Assembly (NCBI GenBank): GCA_042217555.1
Contig: JBDGSL010000002.1
Location: forward strand, 1-64,000
Length of the DNA: 64,000 nt
From: Candidatus Nanohalobium sp.
Lineage (GTDB): Archaea; Nanohalarchaeota; Nanosalinia; Nanosalinales; Nanosalinaceae
Direction: 5' to 3'
Part shown: piece by piece, positions 28,632 to 38,172 of the stretch
Numbering within the stretch: position 1 is the first letter of the stretch
Layout of the letters: each line of letters starts with the position of its first letter
Made by a program: the position numbers and the translations under genes
The notes under the pieces: generated by a model
Database searches by the model: none
What the model saw: only the letters and a program-made list of their open reading frames with translations
What the model was told of the DNA's origin: nothing

Positions 28632-28997
28632 ATGGTCTATGTGGACACTGATTTCTTTGTCGCCCTGACTAAGGAAGAAGACTGGCTGCAGAAGAACGCC
28701 TTAGAATTATATGAAGAACACAGAGGGAGTATTCAAACTTCTCTACCGACGTTTATTGAACTCTGTTTTCTGGCACAGGACTATGATTGGGAGTTGGAAA
28801 AAGTTGTTACAAATATCCTGGAAATAGCAAAAATAGATTTTGATGAAAAGGTCGTTTATCAAGCTGTAGAATACATAGATCAGGGTCTAAATGTTCTGGA
28901 TTCCTTCCAACTTGCTAAATCGGAAGGAGAGATAATAAGTTCTGACAAGGAATTTGATGAAACGGGAGTAAATAGAATCAAGCTTGAAAGCTCTTGA
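28632..28997 (+). CDS. vapC: PIN-domain VapC toxin
   Basis: YVDTDFFVAL, TFIE, LDSFQLA, IISSDKEFD. Confidence 0.9.
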   Translation: MVYVDTDFFVALTKEEDWLQKNALELYEEHRGSIQTSLPTFIELCFLAQDYDWELEKVVTNILEIAKIDFDEKVVYQAVEYIDQGLNVLDSFQLAKSEGEIISSDKEFDETGVNRIKLESS

Positions 28998-29135
28998 TTG
29001 AGGTATTTTGCTCTTATTTTGAATCCTTATAGCGGAAAGCAAGAGTTCTAAAACTCCGTCCCTTTAGGGCGGAGATACAGAACGATCTAACACATAAAAA
29101 AGTATAAGGATATATGTTAGAATATAAAAAAATCC

Positions 29136-30410
<1,275 letters not shown>

Positions 30411-30553
30411 CCTACTGCTAATTCAGACTCCTTGAAACCTTTACGAAGCTCCACCGTTTACGGTGGAGAGGATGTCACGCTTGGCTGTTTCTAAGTGGAG
30501 AGGCTGATTAGACATCAGTAAAGTACTTAAGTACTTAGTCACATAGCTATAGT

Positions 30554-30823
30554 ATGGGCACGATTAAGGTATCAGTTCCTGATGAGAATGAGGAAAGGTT
30601 TAGAAAGGCTGCTATGAATGTTTTCGGCCATAAAAGAGGCTCTATTAGTAAAGCTGCTGAGGAAGCAATGGAAGAATGGGCTGATAAGAATCTAGAGGAA
30701 GGCTTAGATTTATCAGGAGGTCTCGGAGATTTCCTCTCTGAGAAATCAGCAGATACTGATAAATCAGCTGTTGAACTTCAGGAGGAACTGGGAGACGCCT
30801 ATGAAGAACAAGTACTTAATTGA
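30554..30823 (+). CDS. RHH antitoxin (VapB-like)
   Basis: TIKVSVPDE.EERFR...RGSISKAAEEAMEEW; overlaps the PIN gene. Confidence 0.8.
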   Translation: MGTIKVSVPDENEERFRKAAMNVFGHKRGSISKAAEEAMEEWADKNLEEGLDLSGGLGDFLSEKSADTDKSAVELQEELGDAYEEQVLN

Positions 30824-31217
30824 CTCCAATATATTTCTCCACCTTTACCTAGAACAAGATGAGGAATCTGTTTGTAGAACTCTGCTCAACAAACTTGGCT
30901 CAGGAAGAGTTGAGGCTGCAGTTACTCTATTTCACCTTGATGCAGCTGCTATAGTAATGGAAAGAGACGGGCTGACCCAAAAGGAAATAGCAGAGTTCTA
31001 TGCTCGTGTTTACCAAAGTAAAGGGATAGAGATAATGCATCTGGGTGTGGTTGGCAGGCTCAATGGCTTAGCGGACCGAAATCACTCCGGAATTGATGAT
31101 AGTCTGATAGAACAAGCCTTGAAAGACAGAGATTTAGACAGAATCATCACTTACGACACTGATTTTGATGAAGAATTAAGAATAACGCCTGAAGAAATTC
31201 TCCAGAGTGGAAAATAA
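30801..31217 (+). CDS. vapC: PIN-domain VapC toxin
   Basis: ATG at 30801: YLIDSNIF, IDDSL, IITYDTDFD. Confidence 0.88.
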   Translation: MKNKYLIDSNIFLHLYLEQDEESVCRTLLNKLGSGRVEAAVTLFHLDAAAIVMERDGLTQKEIAEFYARVYQSKGIEIMHLGVVGRLNGLADRNHSGIDDSLIEQALKDRDLDRIITYDTDFDEELRITPEEILQSGK

Positions 31218-31326
31218 CTCTCCCTTTTATTAACCATCATGCATAACTTATGCATATTCCAAAGTGAAGTTCAATGCGAAATTCACAGAATTTCTGTATT
31301 AACAGAAAAACGGAGGTTTTTCGATA

Positions 31327-32244
31327 ATGCCAGAAGCACCTGTAACACGAGAAGAAATTGAGAACGCGCCTATAAAGGCAAAAATCAGAGCAGGAGAAGA
31401 AGTCGTCAAAAGAGCGCTTGAAGAATACGACCCGGAGAATACAGTCATCGGTTTCACCGGGGGAAAAGACTCCACGCTGACCGCATGGCTCGTCAAGAGA
31501 GTATGTGAGGAACATGACATTGAGAAACCAAGGTTCATGTTCGTGGATCACGGCCAGCACTTCGACGAACTGGAAGACTATGTCGAGAGACTCGCCGATG
31601 ACTGGGGGTTCGAAGTGCTTACGGCCAGAAACGATGACCTCATCGAGAAAGCAGATCAACCAGGTGAAACAGTTCCCGTAGCAGAGCTAAACGACACTAA
31701 CCAAGAAGAAGCAGCCAGAATCGATGAAGATCTAGAAGAAGTTCCGTGGCTGATGGACACAGAATCCGGAAATCACCTTCTCAAGACAGTACCGATGAAC
31801 GAGCTCCTACAGGAAGAAGGCATCGAGCTAGTTATCAACGGAGTAAGATGGGACGAACACGAAAGCCGTGGTGATGAAGACTTTTACTCCCCGAGGGACG
31901 AACCGGAACACCTCAGAGTACACCCTATCCTGCAGCTAGATGAAAGAGATGTCTGGGATGTCTCATGGTTCCACATGGTTCCTGACATCACAGGAGTAGA
32001 CATCGAAGAATACCCAGAAGATGAATCGGATCTTCCAGAAGGACTATCCAAAGACGATGTACCTATCAGTCCTAAGTACTGGGCAGGATTCAGAAGCCTG
32101 GGATCAGAAGTATCAACCGATAAGTCCGACGAGATACCGGCCTGGCTACAGGACGTAGAGAACACAAAGGAGAGAGCGGGTAGAGCTCAGAACAAGGATG
32201 ATGAGGAGATCATGAACCGTTTGAGAGAACTCGGGTATATGTAG
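31327..32244 (+). CDS. PAPS reductase-family PP-loop protein, CysD-like, with RLRELGYM tail
   Basis: FTGGKDS, GVRWDE..SR, RVHPIL, GFRSLG, ERAGR; no C-terminal ECG(L/I)H motif. Confidence 0.85.
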   Translation: MPEAPVTREEIENAPIKAKIRAGEEVVKRALEEYDPENTVIGFTGGKDSTLTAWLVKRVCEEHDIEKPRFMFVDHGQHFDELEDYVERLADDWGFEVLTARNDDLIEKADQPGETVPVAELNDTNQEEAARIDEDLEEVPWLMDTESGNHLLKTVPMNELLQEEGIELVINGVRWDEHESRGDEDFYSPRDEPEHLRVHPILQLDERDVWDVSWFHMVPDITGVDIEEYPEDESDLPEGLSKDDVPISPKYWAGFRSLGSEVSTDKSDEIPAWLQDVENTKERAGRAQNKDDEEIMNRLRELGYM

Positions 32245-32281
32245 AGTTTTAAGCTCTTTAAAGCTTTCTTAGTCCTTGTTA

Positions 32282-33106
32282 CTATTCTTTCTTATCTCTT
32301 GTATGTTTTCCTCAAGTTCTGGGAGTGTATCTTTGACTTTATTCCATACTATGTCCAGATCTACTCCGAAGTACTGATGTATCAGTATATCTCTCATGCC
32401 TGCTGCGCCTTCCCAGAGGTCTTCCCTGTTCTCTTCTCTGAAGTCTTCTGGCAGTTTCTTTATCTTCTTGTTGAGAAGACTCTGTCCTCAAATCTGTGAT
32501 TTAAGGTTAGGGATGAATCGACAGATTTTAAAGTTCCACGGTCTATAACCATAGTATTCACGGCAGTTTGGTTAGGGCTTACTGCTACTCGAAACTCCTT
32601 TGGAGTTTCTGTGTCACATCGTTCTCCAAGAACGATGCTCGAACAGATTCCTGTAAGGAATCTGTGGTTCGCAGAAAATCCGCTGGATTTTCGAGGAATC
32701 AACAAACAGCAATCCTGAACTCAAAGGTAAGCCAAATGTTTCCATTTCGGAAACGGATGGTGTAGTGAGTTGCGTGGAACAACCACTGAGCGAATAAGGA
32801 AACCGTCTTTGACGGTTAAGATATGGGAACGGGTTTCCCCTAATTCAGACTTCCTCAAAGCGTAAGTTCCGAGATGACGATATGACTTAGACAAGTATCG
32901 TGGAAAGAAGTTCCGTAAGGAATCTTCCGCTCGGAAGCCCCTTCCAAATCTTCTGATTTGGTAACGGGTCATTTCACTGCTTCTCCGACTATTTCGAGTC
33001 TTCTTATTACGGCGTCCTGTGTTTTGACATCTGACTTAAACTCTTCTCGAGAGATGTCTTCTGTATACTCCTCTATCATTAGAAGCGTTTCGCTGTCTTT
33101 CGTCAT
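32282..33106 (-). pseudogene. Second HEPN (DUF86) toxin, split by a 514-bp insertion
   Basis: MTKDSETLL...IRRLEIVGEA (33106-32978) and IKKLPEDF...GMRDILIHQYFGVD...* (32463-32282) rejoin in frame. It also has a short in-frame deletion relative to paralog 23022. Confidence 0.93.
32464..32977 (+). mobile_element. ORF-less IS200/IS605-type element with omega-RNA-like scaffold and hairpin array
   Basis: Inserted 3' of TTTAT (32459-32463), ends TTCAC, no target duplication; homologous to the tnpB right end. Confidence 0.9.
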
Positions 33107-33396
33107 ATTTCCACTGCTTCCTCTTCAACCCTTTTCCTGATGTTGGGGTGCACAGAATTGTACGTCAGAACATCTACATCCTTGCCGAGAGAGTTTTCCA
33201 GTTCCTTTCTCAGCCTGGAGATATCGACGAGGGTTTTCTCCCCCTCGAACTCCACTACGAGATCCACATCGCTTTCCTCATCCTGCTCTCCGCGGGCGTA
33301 AGAGCCGAACAGCTCTGCCCGAGATACATCGTGGCGCCTCAGTATAGGCCTGACTCTGCTACGCAACTCCTCTAACTCAAGTTTTTCATCTGGCAT
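33103..33396 (-). CDS. MNT antitoxin, paralog of 23354
   Basis: LFGSYARGEQDEESDVDLVVE. Confidence 0.93.
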   Translation of the reverse strand: MPDEKLELEELRSRVRPILRRHDVSRAELFGSYARGEQDEESDVDLVVEFEGEKTLVDISRLRKELENSLGKDVDVLTYNSVHPNIRKRVEEEAVEI

Positions 33397-33429
33397 AATT
33401 TCTGTTTAGACCTCGAAGGTTTAATTCAT

Positions 33430-33555
33430 TTAGGTGTTGTTCAATTTCTGATCTGCCATCATGTTGAGAAGATCGTCCATCGACTCGACGTCTTTATCCT
33501 CTTTCATCTTCTCCAGTTTCCGGTACGTTTCCTCATCTATATCTAAGTCTATCAT
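33430..33555 (-). CDS. 41-aa RHH/antitoxin-like peptide, possibly a remnant
   Basis: Manual translation MIDLDIDEETYRKLEKMKEDKDVESMDDLLNMM; same pattern as the N-terminus of the 34098 antitoxin. Confidence 0.5.
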   Translation of the reverse strand: MIDLDIDEETYRKLEKMKEDKDVESMDDLLNMMADQKLNNT

Positions 33556-33588
33556 GTTGTTTGCCTCTGTCCAAAACCCTTTCGCTTC

Positions 33589-33700
33589 ATGCCTACGGAG
33601 AAAATCGATGAAGATGGGAAGCTGTTTATTCCGGAGAGAGTCCGACAGGGGTTCGGCGAAGAGTTCAGTATAGTTGAGCTTGAAGGCAGCATAAGTTTAT
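33589..33700 (+). pseudogene. Truncated AbrB/MazE-type antitoxin N-terminus
   Basis: IDEDGKLFIPERVRQGFGEEFSIVELEGSI, after which the ORF runs antisense into vapC. Confidence 0.65.
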
Positions 33701-33706
33701 TCTCCG

Positions 33707-34105
33707 TTATTCTAGTTTTTCTACTTTTTCTTTATCTTTCAGATGTTTATCTCCGGTTATTACTTTCAGATTTTTCTCTCTTGCTGTGGCTAGTATGATG
33801 GCGTCCATTAAGCCGAAATTCGGGAACTTTTCTCTTTCTTCCTGTTTGATTTTTCCGGCTTTGCTGCATATATGAGGGTTCAGCCCTACTAATTCTGTTT
33901 TGGTCTCTACGAAGTTTCTGATTTCTTCCCATCTGTTGTCTGATTTCAGGTTTCCTGATTCGTAGTTGTCGGACATCTCTGCCAGTGAGATTATCGAAGT
34001 ATAGCATTTTTGCCTGGATTCCAGCTTCTGGTATATCTTCTTTCCTTTTTCGCTGCCTATGTAGAACTCTATCCAGGCCCAGGTATCGAGCAGATATTCA
34101 GTCAT
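33707..34105 (-). CDS. vapC: PIN-domain VapC toxin
   Basis: Start at 34105: YLLDTWAWIE, SLAE, GLMDAIILATA, ITGDKHL. Confidence 0.92.
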   Translation of the reverse strand: MTEYLLDTWAWIEFYIGSEKGKKIYQKLESRQKCYTSIISLAEMSDNYESGNLKSDNRWEEIRNFVETKTELVGLNPHICSKAGKIKQEEREKFPNFGLMDAIILATAREKNLKVITGDKHLKDKEKVEKLE

Positions 34106-34307
34106 ACCTGTCAGCTCTGTCATTTCTGTCTCTGATCTCTTCTCTGTCTTCTATCTCCATGGAGCCAAACATCTCCTCTGAAGAAGGAGTCCCCATCCTC
34201 TCTTTGGCTATCTCTTTCAACAGTTCATCGAAAGAACTGGCTCCTTCCTTCTTCTTCAGCTTCTTCACCATGCGATGTGTGCTTTCCGATATAGTAACAG
34301 TAGTCAT
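34098..34307 (-). CDS. VapB-type antitoxin
   Basis: MTTVTISESTHRMVKKLK...SFDELL; overlaps vapC; real start is likely 34307. Confidence 0.85.
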   Translation of the reverse strand: MTTVTISESTHRMVKKLKKKEGASSFDELLKEIAKERMGTPSSEEMFGSMEIEDREEIRDRNDRADRYD

Positions 34308-34380
34308 AACTATTAATTGGTAATTAGTAATTATAACTCTTTGGTCTGAATAACTTGAGCCTTCGTGATAAAAATTAATC

Positions 34381-34748
34381 ATGCCTGTCCGCGCAGTCTT
34401 CCTAGGAACAAACCCGGCTGGGAAAAGTATACGATTGGCTGAAACGTAGAGATGATGTAGGGGTCCTCGTGCTTCTCACGGAGAAATACCAGTTCTCCCT
34501 ATCGAGGACTTGGAGCCGGAGATAGTCATCGCGTCAGGTTTTGAGTACAAAGTTCCGGAAGAGATTATCGTGGTTCCGGAGAAGGGCATCGTCAACCTGC
34601 ATCCGTCCTTCCTGCCGTACAACCGTGGTGCGCATCCGTACATCTGGCCGATCGTCGAGGACACGCCAGCAGGAGTCTCAATCCTGCCTACCTGGAGAGG
34701 GACGGCGAGAAGTACTTCGTGGATGTGGATATCCGAGAAGGAGACTAG
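34381..34748 (+). pseudogene. Sugar formyltransferase pseudogene, paralog of 36189
   Basis: MPVRAVFLGTNPAG, frameshift, ...VNLHPSFLPYNRGAHP...GVSI, then a large internal deletion to LAYLERDGEKYF. Confidence 0.88.
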
Positions 34749-34768
34749 TTCTGGATTACTTCTTTTAC

Positions 34769-35154
34769 CTTTTGTTGCTCGGTAAGGCTCTGTCCTTTAG
34801 ACCGAGCTATTTCAGGGTTTGGGTTCAAACTTTGTGTTGTCGAGTCTGTGGAAAGAGCCGAGTTTCCTGTGTAGCCGTGAATACGGAAGCGTTAGGCGGG
34901 AACAGAATGAATACCTGTTCTATACATCATCCGCTTCTACAGACATTAGGGTGGCGTGACACCGCTCTAATCCAGCATTGTTGAATCCAGTCCTCTGTAT
35001 ATCAAGTTGGTTATAGGTGGCTGGAAACCTGCAAGTACTACTGGCAAGAGATGTTCTCTTTGCCTTTTCCGAAATCGTTTTCGTGTAGCATCCTGTGAAT
35101 CACGGATGGATGTGAATGGGAAAAGTCCGTCCTTCAGGTCGGAGAGGATGTCAC
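34769..35154 (+). mobile_element. Second ORF-less IS200/IS605-type element (about 385 bp)
   Basis: Left AAGGCTCTGTCC-TTTA hairpin; right hairpin followed by GGAGAGGATGTCAC, identical to the last 14 nt of the tnpB element. Left boundary is approximate. Confidence 0.75.
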
Positions 35155-35188
35155 GATAAATTATTCAGAAATCGATAAATTGTGGTTT

Positions 35189-36088
35189 TTATTGAAGAAG
35201 TTCCTGGGCTGTTTTCCTGACTGATTCGGCTGAGTTCCTTTTCGGCTGCCATCCTGTGTCTTTCAGTTTTTTGATGCTCAACCGCATCTCGGGTACGTCG
35301 CCTTCCCAGCCTTTCTCGCCGCCGGTGTACTCGTATTCTGGGTTAAGATCCATCTCATCGGCTACAATATCAGCTATGCTGTTAACGTCGATGGAGTCTT
35401 CCGAGCCAATGTTGAAAACTGTTTTGTCTGATTTCCATGCTTTTATGGTGCCGTCTATAGTGTCTTTGATGTGAAGGTAGCTTTTACGCTGTTTTCCGTT
35501 GCCGAGTATGACGAGCTTTTCCGGGTTGTCTTTCAGTTTGTGGATGAAGTCGTAGATTACTCCTTTCTGGTTTCTGCCGCCGACAATGTTTGCGAATCTG
35601 AGGATTGTCATGTCTATGTCGAATATCTGCTGATAGACCTGGCACATGTGTTCGTCTCCGCACTTTGTAGCGCCGTACATGGAGATAGGTTCCATATTTG
35701 CCTCTTCCGGCGTAGGTATCTCTGTTTCTTCACCGTAGACTACGGAAGAGGAGGCAAAAATAAAGTCATTAATGTTTGCATTTTCACAGGCCTCTAAAAC
35801 GTTTTTAGTACCTTTCAGGTTCTCATTAAAGTCCTTGTCTCTGTCTTCAGGGAATGTGTTGACTTTGGGGTTGGCTGCGAAGTGGAACATGGTATCGATA
35901 TCTTTCAGTTCCTTCTCAAGACCTTCCTGCTTGATGTCGTGCTGTAAGAACTCTGCTTCTTCTGGTATGTTTTCTTTCTGTCCTGAGGACAGGTTGTCGA
36001 TCACGGTCACCTCGTGACCTTCTTCTATCAGTCTTTCCACAAGTCTTGAACCGATGAATCCTGCGCCTCCTGTGACTGCTGCTCTCAT
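35189..36088 (-). CDS. NAD-dependent epimerase/dehydratase (UDP-glucose 4-epimerase-like)
   Basis: VTGGAGFIGS, ASSSVVYG, YGATK. Confidence 0.93.
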   Translation of the reverse strand: MRAAVTGGAGFIGSRLVERLIEEGHEVTVIDNLSSGQKENIPEEAEFLQHDIKQEGLEKELKDIDTMFHFAANPKVNTFPEDRDKDFNENLKGTKNVLEACENANINDFIFASSSVVYGEETEIPTPEEANMEPISMYGATKCGDEHMCQVYQQIFDIDMTILRFANIVGGRNQKGVIYDFIHKLKDNPEKLVILGNGKQRKSYLHIKDTIDGTIKAWKSDKTVFNIGSEDSIDVNSIADIVADEMDLNPEYEYTGGEKGWEGDVPEMRLSIKKLKDTGWQPKRNSAESVRKTAQELLQ

Positions 36089-36188
36089 AATCTATGCTTC
36101 TGTGGTGAAAACAGTTAAATCCAAGTGATCTGTAGAACTGAAAAGGGCTTAGAGGTTTTTCCACCGGTACTGATTTCAACTTTGCTGA

Positions 36189-36869
36189 TTGAACCCTGTT
36201 ATGGTTTTACAGGCTGTCTTTCTGGGTACAAACCCTGCCGGTGAAAAAGTGTATAAGTGGCTTAATCAGAGAAGTGATGTCGAAGTGGTGGCGTTGCTGA
36301 CTGAAAGAGAGCAGCTCTCTCTAATCACAGAATTGAGGCCTGATCTGGTGATATCATCAGGTTTCAGGCATAAAGTACCGGAGAAAGTGCTGGAGACGCC
36401 TGATAAAGGAGTAGTTAACCTTCATCCGTCGTTTCTACCTTACAACCGTGGAGCACATCCTTATATCTGGCCTCTGGTAGAAGACACACCTGCAGGTGTG
36501 TCCATACACTACATGGACTCCGGACTGGATGAAGGCCCTGTTATAGACAGGAGAGAGGTCGAGGTCCGGCCAGAGGATACTGCCAGGTCTCTTTACGACC
36601 GGCTTCAGGAAGAACAGTTCAGGCAGTTCAGGGAGAACTGGGAGGAGATAAAAAACGGTGCCGAAGCCAGGGAGCAGGATCTTAAGAGAGGTGAAACTCA
36701 TCTTCCGGAGGATCTGGATGAGGTATGTAGTATAGATCTTGACAGAGAGGTGAGGATGGAGGAGGCTATCGACAGGCTTCGAGCGCTCAGCTTTGACTCC
36801 AGAAAACTTGCTTACTTCGAGAAAAACGGTGAGAAGTACTACATCCGGATACAGATAGAGAAGGATTAA
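36189..36869 (+). CDS. Sugar N-formyltransferase (likely start 36201)
   Basis: NLHPSFLPYNRG, GVSIHYMDSGLDEGP. Confidence 0.88.
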   Translation: MNPVMVLQAVFLGTNPAGEKVYKWLNQRSDVEVVALLTEREQLSLITELRPDLVISSGFRHKVPEKVLETPDKGVVNLHPSFLPYNRGAHPYIWPLVEDTPAGVSIHYMDSGLDEGPVIDRREVEVRPEDTARSLYDRLQEEQFRQFRENWEEIKNGAEAREQDLKRGETHLPEDLDEVCSIDLDREVRMEEAIDRLRALSFDSRKLAYFEKNGEKYYIRIQIEKD

Positions 36870-36916
36870 CTTCTTGGTGAGCGAATGATTAAAACAATGC
36901 GGAGAAAGGTTAATAC

Positions 36917-37662
36917 ATGTCGAAGAGACGTATCTCACTGACACTGGATGAAGGTATGGTGGAGAGGATCGACACGGAGAGGGAGAACCGTGACCTTAAC
37001 CGGTCTCAGATGGTGGAGGAGATAGTTGAAGAGTACTTCAGGCAGAGAGGTATCGAAACAGCGGTTATATTCTGCGGTGATCCTGAACTGAAGACTCTAG
37101 AACTTTTCAATGGAAAACCTGTTCTAAGCCATATAATAGAACATCTCTCAGAGGAAAACATAAGCAGAGCTATACTTTTAGCCGGACAGAACAGTGAGAT
37201 AGAGGAAAACTTTGGTTCGGAGTACAGCGGGTTGCTCTTGAGTACGTCTCCGAGGAAGAGCCTGAAGGAACAGCTGCAGCTCTTCAAAATGTTGAAGACA
37301 AGGTAGATGGACCTTTTGTAGCCCTGAATGGACATGTTATAGCGGATGTAGACTTTAAGGATATGCTGAGGGTTCACGAGGAGGAGAACCCGGCAGCCAC
37401 TATGGCACTGACAGCTGTGGAGAACCCTTCTGACTATGGAGTGGCCGAGCTTAAAGGACGCAGGATACTTGGTTTCAAGGAGAAACCGGAGCCAGGCAGC
37501 GAGCCGTCAAGACTGATCAACGCAGGAACATACATCCTGGACCCTCGGATATTCGACCGCCTTGACCATCGAAGCCTGGAAAACGTGTTCGAAAACCTTG
37601 CCGAGAAGGGAAAACTATCCGGATACATCTACGGAGGAGAATGGAGAGAGATACAGGACTAA
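36917..37662 (+). CDS. RHH domain fused to a degenerate sugar-phosphate nucleotidyltransferase; one gene split by a frameshift near 37231
   Basis: ORFs 36917-37306 and 37363-37662 join through the shifted-frame VALEYVSEEEPEGTAAAL...FVALNGH; YGV, FKEKP, INAGTY. Confidence 0.8.
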
Positions 37663-38084
37663 ATCTTTTCCACAAATACATCCTCCAGCTCTCTGGCCTT
37701 CTCTGAAAGTGCTTCCTCCGCCAGCATGCCAAGGTTGTAAACTGTAGAAGCTGCAAAACCGGCAGAAAGAAAACTCCATGGAGAGGGAAGCCCTGCAAGG
37801 TAATAGGAAAGTATAACAGGGAATAAAGCCGCGAAATAATGGACCATGCCCAGTATCATCACCTGGCTCTCCTCAAAATCAACAGGGCTTAAAGTCCTGC
37901 GATAAGCTAAAATCGTTAAAGCGCCAAAACCTACAACTGCGCCACCGCCATAAGATAAAGCCTCGAAAAGACCTGGCAGCCCGCTCTCAGATATAAGCAT
38001 CGCTCCTGAACCCCAGAAAGCAATAGTGAAGCCGTAGGCTCGAGATTCCTTCGCCAGCGCCGACCTTAGGAAGTTCTGGTTCAT
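37659..38084 (-). CDS. Hypothetical membrane protein
   Basis: About four hydrophobic segments; convergent overlap with the upstream gene. Confidence 0.75.
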   Translation of the reverse strand: MNQNFLRSALAKESRAYGFTIAFWGSGAMLISESGLPGLFEALSYGGGAVVGFGALTILAYRRTLSPVDFEESQVMILGMVHYFAALFPVILSYYLAGLPSPWSFLSAGFAASTVYNLGMLAEEALSEKARELEDVFVEKI

Positions 38085-38172
38085 CCTGTATACTGGAGTT
38101 TGAACCGGTTCAAGTTAAATCTAATGCATCCTCCCAAGGAGTTAAAAATAAGAGGTAATACATCGTAATACT

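Noticed and set aside
31327..32244. DndC / phosphorothioation or CysH reductase call
   Set aside because: No other dnd or ssp genes, and it lacks the cluster and catalytic cysteines.
32464..32977. Group I intron / IStron or CRISPR interpretation of the insertion
   Set aside because: It is antisense to the host gene, ends in C rather than G, shows no recognisable group I core, and its hairpins are not repeats. The ORFs inside are spurious.
34541..34984. Cys-containing 147-aa ORF as a TnpB zinc-finger remnant
   Set aside because: It spans a pseudogene shadow frame and the non-coding element, with no RuvC motifs.
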